In this document: positions 1 through 16,212 of the stretch, piece after piece
How positions within the stretch are numbered: position 1 is the stretch's first letter
Layout: each line of letters begins with the position of its first letter
Assembly: GCF_009914755.1 (NCBI RefSeq)
Contig: NC_060929.1
Length of the DNA: 64,000 nucleotides
Source of the DNA: the human T2T-CHM13v2.0 reference genome, Homo sapiens
Direction: 5' to 3' (one strand)
Position numbers and translations under genes: made by a program
Notes under the pieces: model-generated
The model's database searches: none
The model's input: only the letters and a program-made list of their open reading frames with translations
What the model was told of the DNA's origin: nothing

Positions 1-373
1 CAGGGCTCCAATCATGGTGGGCAATATTGTTACTCCCTGGACCTGGCTCCACCCCATCTAGAACTCAATCCCCTGCAATCAGAAGCCTTCCCCTCTAGGC
101 GGCCCAGCCTGAGAACCCCAGCACTGCTGTAGGAGTGGGCAGCCAGACTAAATCTGTAACCAGTCCTGGTGGGCCCTGGGCTTGCTGACTTTTGACCTCT
201 CTTCACTTCTGGGTACAGGCCGTGGCAGGTGAGCTAAGCCCTTAGTCACAGAGTCCTCTACAACTCCCTCTCCCCAGGCCCAGTGGCCTGGGGGCACTCC
301 AATATCTGACAGGACGGTGCCCCCAACGAACTGGTGCAGGGCTTACTGGGGACCCTGAGGTCCTGCCACCTAC

Positions 374-416
374 CGGAGAAGTTCCTGGTGGCCAGCATCG
401 TGGTGAGAATGGCTCC
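374..416 (-). CDS. CAMK2A: CAMK2A exon 12 (GAILTTMLATRNFS), 43 nt; calmodulin-binding region with T305/T306; gene continues past the window edge
   Basis: Peptide in ORF 258..593; ttgcag| and |gtaggt. Confidence 0.97.
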
Positions 417-894
417 CTGCAAGACATAAGAAGAGGGCAGTGGGAGAGGAGGCCGGAGTGAGGGGACCCAGGAGGGACAGAGAGACGGGAGGGCCACGGG
501 GAAGGAGAGGCAGGTGCTGCATTCAGAGAAGAAGCCAAAGCCTCTGCCCTGCCCCTCCATTTGTCCCAACCCCAACCCCAGCCCAGAGCCCATCCCTCGC
601 CCCCTGGAGAAGTCGGGGTGAGCTAGGCTTTAGCCAGTACAGCTCCTGGGACAAGGCCGTCCTAGGGGCAGATATTAATGGGCCCCTTGGCCCGCCCAAG
701 CTGAAGAGCTTGAGGGACACCTACCAGCAGAGGCTCCTGAAGATGATGGACTTTTCTTGCTTGGGCAACAACAGCAGACCTCGTGTCCCCCAACCCCTCC
801 ACCTCTTAGCCCTCTGCCCCGTGCTGAGAGCATCTTGCTCCAGGACTAGCTCATCCCTCCATGGCCCCTGGGCTCAGAGAATCCCAGGAGGATT

Positions 895-1438
895 TTCTCT
901 TTTTTTTTTTTATTTCCAAGTTTTTTATTTTATATATATATATATTATATAATACTTTAAGTTCTAGGGTACATGTGCACAACGTGCAGCTTTGTTACAT
1001 ATGTATACATGTGCCACGTTGGTGTGCTGCACCCATTAACTCGTCATTTACATTAGGTATATCTCCTAATGCTATCCCTCCCCCCTCCCCCCACCCCACA
1101 ACAGGCCCCGGTGTGTGATGTTCCCCTTCCTGTGTCCAAGTGTTCTCATTGTTCAATTCCCATCCATGAGTGAGAACATGCGCTGTTTGTTTTTTTGTCC
1201 TTGCGATAGTTTGCTGAGAATGATGGTTTCCAGCTTCATCCATGTCCCTACAAAGGACAGGAACTCATCATTTTTTATGGCTGCATAGTATTCCACGGTG
1301 TATATGTGCCACATTTTCTTAATCCAGTCGATCATTGTTGGACATTTGGGTTGGTTCCAAGTCTTTGCTATTGTGAGTAGTGCCGCAATAAATATATGTG
1401 TGCATGTGTCTTTATAGCACCATGATTTATAATCTTTT
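895..1438 (-). mobile_element. 5'-truncated primate L1PA (ORF2 C-terminus, 3'UTR and tail) with 16-bp TSD
   Basis: ORF2 peptide DWIKKMWHIYT.EYYAAIKNDEF...WMKLETIILSKLSQ; G-rich 3'UTR; TSD GAATCCCAGGAGGATT at 879-894 and 1439-1454. Confidence 0.95.
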
Positions 1439-2145
1439 GAATCCCAGGAGGATTCTCAATGTAGAGAAAGCCTCCTCCATCAACAAGCAGGCTGGGGGCT
1501 AATGGCCCCTTTTGTTCCAGAGCCATCTGATTCAGACCTGACTTGACACTGTCTGAATCCCACTGCTTATGATGTTAAGAATCCCTGATTCTGATATTTT
1601 GAGACTTCCTCTGTGACACAGCTTCCACTGCAGGATGGGGATGGGACTCAGTTCTCCTGGCATCATGCTGGCCACCACCCCTTGGTCTGTGTCCCCATCC
1701 TAAGCCTCCACTCCAGGCCTGGGAGCAGCAGATAAGGAGGTTCCACAAGAGCTGGGGCCTCCGCCTCTTCCCTCATCATCCCCAGCGTGCTGACGGCTCC
1801 TCTGTTCCACTGGCCAGGGGCCCCTCAGTGCCTGGCAAAGGCCAGGCCAGGAGCTGTCACCACCCTGAGAGCACACAGAACCTGCAAGAGTGTGAAGCTC
1901 TGGGACCACCTGGGTGCCACTGAGCTTCCTCAGGGCCACAATCACTGTCTGAGTGCCTCAGCCATTCCTCCACAGTACTGGGCAGCTGGGGCGCCTCCCT
2001 GACCAGGGTCTCACGTTCAGTCATGTCTCACCCCCAAAAGCTCTCCCCAGCCACTCTGAACCACTTGTGGTGCCCCTAAGGGGTCAGGCGCACTTCCAAA
2101 CTTCTGCACAGGCTGCTTCCTCTGTCTGGAACACGTTCCCATTCT

Positions 2146-2707
<562 letters not shown>

Positions 2708-2784
2708 TAAATGCTTACTGAATCAATGAAGGAAAGAATTAGTGAGCGAGTCTCCTGGCCTCTGTGGAGACCCAGGCAGAGCTA

Positions 2785-3027
<243 letters not shown>

Positions 3028-3237
3028 TCATTGCTCTAGGAGATGCTTCAGGGTGTTTAGCATCCTGGCACCAGACATTCAATGCCAGTAGCACCATCAG
3101 TTGTATGCCAACCCAGAACACTCACTCCTCGTTTCCACATTACCCCTGAGAACCACAGCAGGGGCAGTCTCTTGGATTAAGCCCTCTTGGCCCCATGGGC
3201 CAGGGGAAGGGCCAGAACTCTGTGGGGGCCTGGATCA

Positions 3238-3660
<423 letters not shown>

Positions 3661-4297
3661 TCAGTGGCTTTAGCCCAGACTTCAGAATCAAAAGGCCTGG
3701 GTTCAAGTCCTGGCTCTGCCTCCTGGGCTGTGTAACCTGGGTAAGTCACATGACCTCTTGAGCTATCTCTAGAGATGTTGTGAGAATTAAATACAATATA
3801 AAACATACGGCACAGAGCTTAATAGCTATCTGCATAAAAGCAATATAGCTTGGTAGTTAGAAGCATGGATGGTAGAGCCAGACTGCCTGGTTCAAATCCC
3901 ACCTCTACCATTTCTTAGCTGTGTGATCTAGGCAGTTACTTGACCTCTCTGTATGTCAGCTTCTCTATATGTAAAATGGGAATAATAACAGCACCTATAT
4001 CATAGATTGGTGTGAGGATTAAATGTAATAATATGTGTAAAACATTCAGAAGAGTGCTATAGAATTGTTAGCTATTATTATTTGTATATATGAGAGAGAA
4101 ACAGAGAAACCCTGGCTTGGGAGGCGCCTCTCCCCTACTCCTCACTCCATTTTGGTGCTGCTTCTTGCCTTCTGGGGCAAGATAAATCTCCAATCATTAG
4201 GCACAGCATGGTAACCACCTGGCCCTGGTCAGTCTTCATGCTCCCCTGGGGTTCACCCCTGTGCCAGAACTAGAGAGTGGCTTGGCGCTGGCTTTCA

Positions 4298-4863
<566 letters not shown>

Positions 4864-5992
4864 CTAGATCAGATCGACAACTACCTAGCACACCTGTCAC
4901 CACTTCCCACTTCAGAGCCAGTGGTAATCAGCCACAGAACTCCTTCCTACTGGGTCCTGACTCAGGATCATAAGCTTCTCAGCACCACTCTTCCAGGAGC
5001 CACTAGTGATCCATTGCTGGTGGCTTCAAGATGAAATGCACCTGCCATGTCAGCCCCAGGCTGAGAGCTAAGCCCACTCTGCACCCCCTTGTTGGAGTTG
5101 GTCATGGGATGTCGGGAGGCCTGTCCTAACTGACTTTGCCCCTTGGGTACGTCTCTTTATCTTCTAGTCCTTGTTTCCTCATCTGTCAAATGAAGGATTA
5201 GGGATTCCTATCTTAAGTGCCTCCCAGGGTTGTTGAGCCGGTCAGTTCAAATAATGGACACCTGAGGTATTCTAACAAGCACTTTTAAGAACACTTACAA
5301 GTTACCGAGTGTGTATGCTAAGCATTGGGCTGAGCACTTCATATGCCTGGTCACATTTAATTCTGACACCACTCCTGAGGGACACACAATTATTATTCCC
5401 ATTTTACAGATGAGGAACGAAGGCACAGAGAGGTGAAGTGACTTAGCCAAAGTCACATACCTCATAAGTAGCAGAGTCGGGATTTGAACCCAGAACTCTG
5501 GTTCTTAACCATGGCTCAATATTGCCCACTAAAAAGTACTCCCAGGTAGCTTAAAGAGACCCAGTTATACCAAAATCACAAAGCAGGCTGGATCATCTGA
5601 GTTAAGTCCTGGTCTATCCCTTTTAAACTTTCTTGACCTTCTGCAAGTTTTCTGCCAGTTTTTTCCTCATCTATAAAATCAGGATAATAATCTCAAGCAC
5701 CTAGACTATTAGGGCAGCTCTGTGGAAACTTCCCTAAGGCCTTCAACCACAGGGAGCCCTTTGGGGAGGAGAGATGGCGGAGGGGAGTGACAGGAAAGGA
5801 GAGAGGGGGCCCCAGGGAGCCCTGTGGAAGGCCGTAGGGTCCCATGCCTGAACCCTGGGGACACAGATAGGTGCTGCCCACTGGCTCAGAGGCTGGGTGG
5901 GACAGGGCCTCTGCTCTACCAGCCCCGGCTGGCCCAACAGCATCTCCAGCCATACCCACTCAGGCAGGGGGTTCCCAGAGGCTTATGTGTTA

Positions 5993-6214
<222 letters not shown>

Positions 6215-6457
6215 TCACCTCTAGGGGCCTGGGCTCACAGGAAGAACAGCCCGGCCCTCCGGGGCCCCTGCTTTCATCTCCAGCCCCGCCTCAGGCTCCT
6301 GAGTCTCAGTCCCCAGAGAGGGGACTATCCTATGGCAAGACCTCCATCCGCTACAACAGAAAGGCCCTTTCTCCATCAGCCACTCCTCCCTCCCCACTTC
6401 AAGATCTGGGGCTGGGCTGAGGTGAGAGCGGGGTGGTACATTCACCACCACAATAAA

Positions 6458-6481
6458 GCAGCAGCAGCAGCAGCAGCAGCA
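6458..6481 (+). repeat. (GCA)8 trinucleotide repeat (CUG repeat in the CAMK2A pre-mRNA)
   Basis: Direct count. Confidence 0.95.
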
Positions 6482-6579
6482 TTGATTGTGCCCCTACTAT
6501 ATGTCAGCTGCTGGGTTAAGTGTTCTGCGTGCATCATCTCTTGTATCAACGACCCTTTCGGGTAGGTATTATTACCTAC

Positions 6580-6980
6580 ATCTTCCACAGTGGCCTTCCT
6601 ATGCCCCTTGAAACAGTCCATCTTGTTTCCACCTCAGGGCCTTTGCACTTCCTGTTTTCCTCCTCTAATTTTTTCTCCCCCAAGCTTCAAAGTGGCCCCT
6701 TTACTTTGTCCAGCCCTCAGTCTCATGTCACCCCATGGAGGAGGCCATCCAAGTTTACTCTATCTAGAGGGGAAGCCCTCAGGCATCCTGTGTCTTTGCT
6801 CCTGTTGTTACCTTCATAGATCTCATCACAATTTGCAGTGTTTTCTCCCATCTGTCTATGTGCTTGTTTATCATCTGTCAGCCCTGGGGAATGTGAGTTC
6901 CTTATCTGTCCTGTTCACCACTGTATCACCAGCACCTAGGTTGGGGGGCCACACAGCAGGCACTTAATAAGTATTTGTCA
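6580..6980 (+). mobile_element. L2 3' fragment, followed by MIR sequence
   Basis: ctcagggcctttgcactt...ttcaccactgtatcaccagcacctag...aataagtatttg. Many further MIR and L2 fragments across the window are not listed individually. Confidence 0.65.
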
Positions 6981-9018
6981 CGTATATAAAGATGAGAAAA
7001 CTGAAGCTCAGAGAGGTTAAGTGACTTGGCCAAGATCACGCAGCTGGTAAGGGATAGAGCCAGAATCGAGGCAAAGTCTGACTCTATCTTAACTGCTCTA
7101 GGCTGAAAGATGATGAGGCTTATACATGGGGCCAGCAGCTGACTTGGGAAGGTCCCACACCTGGCCTCTGGGCATCGAGGCTGCTGCTTTGCACTGGCTC
7201 AGCCTCCAGAATTCCTCCACTTCCTGCTGGTCCCTTCACCCTGAGACTCAGGATGGAGGGGCGCTAAGACTGTGGGCTCGCTTAGATAGTCCCAGTTTCT
7301 GATCCCGATGCTGCCCACCTCTATGCCATGACATATGGGCAAATTATTTCACTTCTCTGAGCTTTAGTTTCCTCTGAGAAAAATGCTTACCTTATGGGGT
7401 GGTGCATGGATTAACTGAGATAATCTGTGTAAGCACTTCGCTGTGGCCTACAGTAAGTGCTTGGTAAATGTTAGTACTTCTATTTTTGGCTTGGGGAGGG
7501 GCTCAGAGTCTCTGAAGACTGTTGGTTTTGAGTCCTCCTCTGATCCCCTTCCCAGTGGGACTTCTGAAGGGTCCCACCTCTGACCTTTCACTGTCTAAAG
7601 CTAGGCTGGACCCAAACAAATATAGCTCCCTCCGCCTGGCTCAAAGGCCTCCTTTGTCCTCTGGGGACAATGTTCCTAACATGTCCTGGGTCTCGGTAAC
7701 CGTCCTGCCCTGATTTGATGAATGTGTCACTAATTATTATATCCAGAGTGGCCTAAATTTGGGCTGCCTCTCCTCCTTCCTCCTCCAGTGCAGGGGCTGC
7801 AGCTATAATGGGAACAGGCCCTCTGGGAGAGGTGCCCTGCAGTCTGGCTGGAGACCCTCTTGGAGTGCACACTCGTCTCATCTAGACTGAGCCACAGGGA
7901 GCTTGCCTAGGGCTCAGGAGAGAAGCCGTGTCTGCCCAGGACAGTCAGAGAGGGGCAGGGTCTCTCTTCAGAGCATTGTGCCCCAAAGAGGGACCCAGAC
8001 CAGTGGAAGCATGCCCAGGGAAGGTGCCCAGGATGAGGCTGGCCTGAAAATCACACTCCGGGAGGACCGTGGCAGGGGTGGGTACACCCTGCAGGGGACT
8101 TAGCAGCTACAACAAAGCTGCTGGAGTCCGTCTAGGGCTCTTCCAAGCTGGAGGTTTGGTCTCTGTGTGGTTCCAAATGGCAGAACTGAGGTTCAGGGCA
8201 AAGCCCCTCCAGCAGGGAAGAGTGTTCCCCAGTGGTGCAAGGGGCTACCCCATGGGAAGTGAGTTTGCTGTCACTGAAGAACAAAAAGCAGAGGTTTGAT
8301 GGACATCTGGCAGGGTCACCCTAGAAGGGGCTGCTGAGGAAGCAGGAGCTGGATAGAGTGACCTTTTGGCACCAGACTCCCAAGGTCACAGGATCAGGGG
8401 TTAGAAGGCCAGAACTCCCCCGCCCTAGCTAAGGACAATTGAACTGCATGTTCTTGGGCAAATTGCTTGAACTCTTAGGCCTTAGTTTCCTGCTCTGCAA
8501 AATGGAGACAATATGAACTACCAGCCACTGATACCATGAGGATCAGCAGCGGAGATCCATGAAGTCCCTGCTGAAGGAGCAAGGCTGTGCAGCTGGTGCC
8601 AGTCCTAGACTCTGCAATCTCCTTCAGGTAAAAGGAAGGAGAACTGCACGGGCCTAGAGTCTGGTTTTTCTTCTCCCCTGGCCTGCCAGAGATGCAGGAA
8701 CAAGACTAAGAATGCATCTGTATACCAGGCCCCGTGCTATCTCATTTCATATCCTCACCAACCCTTTGCAGAGGTTGCTATGGCAACCCCCATTGTGAAG
8801 AATCTGAGGCTCAGGAAGGTCATGCTACTAAAGGCTGCATGGCTGGAAAGTGGCCTGGTTGAGATTTGGACCCAGCCTGCCTTCTTCCCCACCCACCGTA
8901 GCCAGTCATGACAGTATAACTGCAGCTCACCCATCCTGGCACAAAGCATGTGGGCTGGGAGTTGGAAGAGCAGGGGCCCAAACACAGACGCTCTACCTTC
9001 CTGAGCTCTGCTTCCTCA

Positions 9019-9270
<252 letters not shown>

Positions 9271-9367
9271 TCATGGTGGTGTGAGCACAGGCCTCCCCTG
9301 GGAAGCTGACAGCAGGCAAGAGTGCCCTGTCCCCGGGTGCCATTGCCAGGCAGCACCTGACACTCAC

Positions 9368-9433
9368 CTGGCATCCGCCTCACTGTAATACTCCCGGGCC
9401 ACGATATCTTCAAACAGTTCCCCACCAGTGACC
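9368..9433 (-). CDS. CAMK2A: CAMK2A exon 5 ([22 protein letters not shown]), 66 nt
   Basis: Hand translation; cccag| and |gtgagt. Confidence 0.97.
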
Positions 9434-10164
9434 CTGGGGAGACAGGCATGGAATCACCCTCTAATAGAGGCGACAGGTGCTGCCTCATCTGGAGGAGTCT
9501 CCAGGAAACTAAGGATGGGGCCCAGGGACCTCAGGACCTCAGCCACAAAAGGAGGGGCCCCAGGGTCACGGGGGTGTCCCCTGCTGCAATGCCCTTCCTG
9601 TCTTCCAGAGCACCCTTCCATTGACTCCAGTCCCCTCTCCTCCTCCATCACCGGCCCTTCTTCCCCACCTAACCCAGGCTGGAGTCCGGAGGTTAGGGAA
9701 AGTCAGAGCACATCACTAGGCTCATTAGGAAGCCTATGGCCTCCCCCATGATCAATATCTCAAAGGCTATTTTTTATCGATGAGACTGGCCCCATCACTG
9801 ATTTTCATTGCCATACCAGGAACTACTGTGGCCTATCATTTCATTATTGCTTCTCTTTGAATCAACACTCCTCAAAAAAAAATTAAACATATTCCAGAAG
9901 GAAACTTTATATTGCCACTGAAAATGGAAAACCAGCATCACTGGCCACAAATAGAAGAGAAGCAAAAATAAATATAGGATGAAAGCTAAAAGTGTTTGTT
10001 GGTGTTTTAGGAAAGTCAGCTTGCACTGCTTGGGTGGCAGGCCCACCACATTTGGGGAAACTCTGGACCACAAGAGGGAATTCAGCCCAAGAGGTCCAGT
10101 GAGGCCATCACTGGTTAGGCAGCCCCAACACCGTTGGCGCATCCCAGGGCGGGGCCAAACTCAC

Positions 10165-10219
10165 AGGTCGAAGATCAGGTAGTGGTGTCCCTCCTCTGAG
10201 ATGCTGTCATGTAGTCGGA
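10165..10219 (-). CDS. CAMK2A: CAMK2A exon 4 (VRLHDSISEEGHHYLIFDL), 55 nt
   Basis: Peptide in ORF 10161..10385; acag| and |gtgagt. Confidence 0.97.
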
Positions 10220-11499
10220 CTGTGGGCGGGGCAAGGCAGTTGGTTACAGTGGGACACACTGCTGCACAGGCCCGCCCTCCCTCTCTCCCCTCCCGTGTAT
10301 ATCCAACACCCCCCGCTCCCAGACAGTCACTGAGTATACACCAGGTGCCAGGTGCTTTGACAAGCGCTGGTGAACAAGGGCTCACTGCATTGAGTCCGAA
10401 TAGACCTCAGGCATTACTGAAAGAGGGCTGGGCTTCAACATGAAAGATGCCTGTTTAGGTCAGAGTTTAGCGCCCTCCCCTCTCCGAAACCCTGTTTGGT
10501 TGCTGGGCAGGCCCAAGTCATGGAAAGCCTGTGACTCCAATCTCTGCCACTTACTAGCCGTGTGACTTCTGGCAAGTTGCTAGGCCTTTCTGAGCCTCTC
10601 TTTCCTTGCCTGGACAATGAGAATGAAACTCCTGGACTTGCAGGCTTGTTATGAGAGTTCCAGGAGGCATGCAGTTGGTGCTCACTCAGTGCTGCCTGAG
10701 CTAATATCCTGCTCTGCTCCCAAGTCTGAGGAGATAATGGAGCATGGAGGCCAGAGGCAGGAGTGAAAGGGTCCCTGCGTTCTGGCATGCTGAGGAGCTG
10801 TCATCTCTTCACACCCCATTTACCCAGAACAGAGGCAAAGCTCCCAGGAGCCCAGGGCTCCCAGCATGCACCCCTGAGCTATTAGAAGGAAGGGCCTGAG
10901 TCCTGGGGCTGACTCTGGGACCACATCCTGTCAGTCAAGAGCAAGTCTCACAGGACAGGGCTCACATCCTTCCCCGCACCACAGCCTAAAAATGTCCATG
11001 CAGGGGCGTGCTGGCTCAGTGAATGACGATTCATCCGCACAATGGAAAATGGCACAGCTGCTAAAATAATGCAGCAGTTATGTATCTACTGGTTCAGAGT
11101 CATCTCCAAATTATGTTGCTTGGTGAAAAAGCAAAGTGCAAAACAGTATGCGTAGTACTTTTTTAAAGGATGTATTTAAGTTTATATATGGCATAAGTCT
11201 CTCTGGAAGAATACAGACAAGCAGGCACTGAGGGTGCCTCTGGGGAGGGGAATTGGGGGAGTTGGGTCATGAGAGGAGACTCACTTTTCACTATGAATCC
11301 TAGTGCCATCTGAATGTTTGCCATGTGCATATATTTCTGGCTCAATATTGAGTCCCCTGAATTGTTTATGGCTGTCGTATTTGCACATAAAATTTGGAGA
11401 GAGGCAGGCATCAGATACCCCAGAGCTGATGCCAGTAGGGAGAGGTGGATGGGCACCAGAGATGGAGAGGGAAGGGGCACAGATTAAAATGAAAATTTA

Positions 11500-12140
<641 letters not shown>

Positions 12141-12266
12141 TAAAATGAAATTTTAAAACATTCTTTAATGATGATATATATTTATAAATAATAACTAAAA
12201 GATGTTTTAAATATATTCTAAAGCAAAATCTTAAAGGCACATGTAATTCTGCTTTAATTCCTTTCA

Positions 12267-12600
<334 letters not shown>

Positions 12601-12775
12601 TTCAAACATACAGTTAAGTGAACACCCAGATATCCACTACCTAGGTTCTATCATTAATGTTTTCCTATACTTGCATTATTACGTTTCTATCCATTCCTCT
12701 GTCCATTGGTTTATTTAATTTTTAGTACATTTCAAAGTAAATGCAGGCTTAATTTTTAAAGTGTAAATGTGTATT

Positions 12776-13075
12776 GGCCGGGCACAGTGGCTCACGACTG
12801 TAATCCCAGCACTTTGGGAGGCTGAGGCGGGTGGAACACGAGGTCAGGAGATCGAGACCATCCTGGCTAACACAGTGAAACTCCCTCTCTACTAAAAATA
12901 CAAAACAAAATTAGCCAGGCGTGGTGGTGGGCACCTGTAGTCCCAGCTACTCAGGAGGCTGAGGCAGGAGAATGGTGTGAACCCGGGAGGCAGAGCTTGC
13001 AGTGAGTCGAGATCACGCTACTGCACTCCAGCCTGGGTGACAGGGTGAGAGTCCGTCTCAAAAAAAAAAAAAAAA
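12776..13075 (+). mobile_element. AluY/Sc-type element
   Basis: Diagnostic cacgaggtcaggagatcgagaccatcctggctaacac; TSD aaagtgtaaatg(t/g)gtatt. Confidence 0.92.
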
Positions 13076-15859
13076 GTGTAAATGGGTATTTAACTGTATT
13101 TTTGGTGTGTAGAATCTGGCAATTCTATACCTGGGCCCTGCCCAGAAGCCCTTTGGTAAGTTGGTGCATCCAAACCCCACGTGCTGGAGTGCGGGATGCT
13201 AACAGCACCTGAATCCCTGACTCAGGCTCTGCTTCCAGGTAACCTGACCTGAGATGATATATGTAAGTATACAGTCCTTGAGAAGGCACATATGTCATAT
13301 ATCATATGGTAGCACGTATCATTAAATGTTAATTCTAGATGTGAGGTTATAGAAGATACTTTAAAAAGTATTTGTCTTCTCATTTATCTGCAATAAACTT
13401 GTATTGTTAGTGTATCAAGATAAAGTTTTGCAAAAGACTCTTCCCTCTCCCTGCCTTCCTCCACGTGGTCTCTGGGGAGTGAACCCTCTCCTATTCTTTC
13501 TGGTGGGCCATCATCTCTAACCTCCCTTTCCTGAGTGTAAGAAGCTCTGAGAAGCCAAGCTGCAGCTAGAATCATCTCAGAAAGGGCTTTTAGAACCATG
13601 GCAACAGGCTTTGGAAGGAGCCACAAGAAGACTGGAGTCCCAGATCTACCCTCTGACCCAGGGCCTCAGCCCCTTTAGAGAATGTCCTCAGGTCTCAGGG
13701 ATAAGAGGCTACCCCTCTGAGCAGCTGGGCAAGGGGCACATGGGTTGGAATTCAGCCCCTACGTTTGCAGTGCACCACACACGTGATGGTACTAGAGTTG
13801 GCTTCAGTCCCTGAGGTCGAGTCACACCTCAGAGCCCAGGAGACAGGATTTCTTGTTTCAGGGCCGTTTTCACACACAAAGCCTCCCCTTCCATCAGTGG
13901 AGGCTGCCTGAGGAACGACTCAGCCAGAGCCCAAGATTCAAGGGCCATAGGCTATCATCATGGTCCTGTCTCCTGGTGGAGTGACTGACGTGTCCGTGCC
14001 CATTGAGTCATTCTGTCACTTTTGACTGTTTAAAATATTGTCATAGAACAAACAAATCTGTAACCTAGCTTTTTATTTATGTGGCTTGATTCATGCACTT
14101 CTGGCATGCCTGTGATTTTCCGACAGTGGATTTTTTTCTTGGAGGTTGAAGGACAGTACTTGTTCCCTTATTTGCATGTCCCCCTGACACCATATATGTG
14201 ATATCCACTTGGAAAGCTAAATAGAAGGACTGGGAACAAGGGCTCTGGAGTCAGACTTGCGGAGTTCGTCTCCCAGATCCACTTCTTACAAGCTATGTAG
14301 CTATGGGCAAATGACTTAACCTCTCTGAGCCTCCCTTCCAAACAGTAATGCTAATACCACTGGACTGCTATAGTCATTAATGTGATGATTCCTGTAAGCC
14401 ACTTAGCACAGCACCTGGCACTAGGAAGAGTTCGATAAATGGAGATATTGTCAACTTCATCACTGACCTACCATACTTCCCTTCCCCACCACAAATCACC
14501 TACTAAACTTTCAGGTTGTCCCTAGCACAGTGCAAGTCCCCTGTGCCTTGGGGTGGCCTTCTGGCGTCTCCCTCATCTGCAGGTGGTGATGGTAGAGACA
14601 GCAGGTTACCGACCTCTCCCAAGAAGGATCTGGGAGGTAAATGCTTTGTGCACAACACAGTTGGACTGACCTGTGCTGAGCCTCACTGACCTGGTCCCCT
14701 GGGGACTGGACTGACCTGGGACCTCACTGACCTGGACCCCTGGGGAGCAGAGCAGTGGCCACACAGAAGCAGCGACCAGTAGTAACCTTGTCTAGATTGG
14801 CCAAGCAGGCTGAACAGGACTCAGTCCAGTGTCTTTAGGCACAAGCTCACCTTTCGGGTTTTGAGCCCACATCTGTACCTCTTTGCACGTCTTTGGGAAG
14901 ATTACAATTTTGAAGGAAGATGCTTGGAGGATCAGGAAGTGCACCCTCCAAGGAACCTTCCAGCCCTGACAGCAGCTCAAAGCTCCTCTGGGGTCTTCCT
15001 GTGCTGGATGCTCAGCTCTGCTTTCCAGTCCCGCCTGCGCATCGCCACCACCCCCACTCCCATTCCCCATCCTCACTTCTCCTGCACATTCTCAGTGCCT
15101 AGCAGAGACCTTGGCATGGGGTGGGTCTACGATGCACCTGACATCAGGTGAATGAAGGAAGGAGTAAATGACTCAATGATGATGATGATGATAGCTACCA
15201 TTTCTGAGCTTTTACCACACACTAGGCTTTGTGCCAAGTGCTTTACTTAACGCTATCTCATTTTACCCTCCCAACAGTCCTAGAAGGTGGGTGCTGTGAT
15301 TATCCCCACTTCATAGAGGAGGATACTGAGGCTAAGAGGTTCACAGTCTGCCCAAGCTCAAACACTTAGTTAACGGCAGAGCTGAGATTGAAACCGGGTG
15401 TCTGACTGCAAACCCCATTCTCCTAACCACCATGTTATATATAATATAGTGCCTCCAGTAACCACTAAAAATCCTCATGGCCCCGAGGAATGACAATCAT
15501 ATGGAGTTTTAGGCAAGAAGATGTCTTCAGGCAAGGTTGTTCTGATGGAAGGTGTTGGTTGGGGAAGAGGGGGGCAGCTTAATGATAATGACTGTCATTG
15601 TGCTGTGGTCTATTTAATCATCACAATCCTATGAGCTAGTTATCATTTCCATTTTGCAGAGAAAACTGAGCTTCAAAGTGGTGGAGCTACATGTCCAGGG
15701 TCACACAGCAATGAAGCAGCAAACTCAGGATTTGAGCTGTAGTCTGTCAGCTCCAAAGCCATAACCTCCTGCTCCCCATTTTATAGCTGGGAATGAGAGG
15801 GAGAGGGAGGTGTGAACATGAGGAGGCAGTGTTGACCTGAGATAGCTGCAGTTGTGCAG

Positions 15860-16212
15860 CAACACACACACACATTCACACATTCACACACACTCACATA
15901 CATGCACTCACACAGACATTCACACACACACACTTACACAGACTCACATACGCACATTCACACACACATTCACACACTCACACACGTGCATTCACACACT
16001 CCACACACTCTCACATACACTCACACACTCACATACACACATTCACACACACACTTACACAGACACACATTCACACACACTCCAACACTGTCACATACAC
16101 ACACACATACATGCATACACATACACTCACACGCACACATTCGCACTCACACTCACATTCACACACATATTCACTCACACACTCCACACACTCTCACACA
16201 CTTAACACACAC
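15860..16212 (+). repeat. Degenerate (CA)n low-complexity tract, ~350 bp
   Basis: cacacattcacacactca... repeats; produce the HT-repeat pseudo-ORFs. Confidence 0.95.

Noticed and set aside
1-373. alphaKAP alternative hydrophobic first exon
   Set aside because: No hydrophobic leader ORF is visible here; if present it lies beyond the window edge
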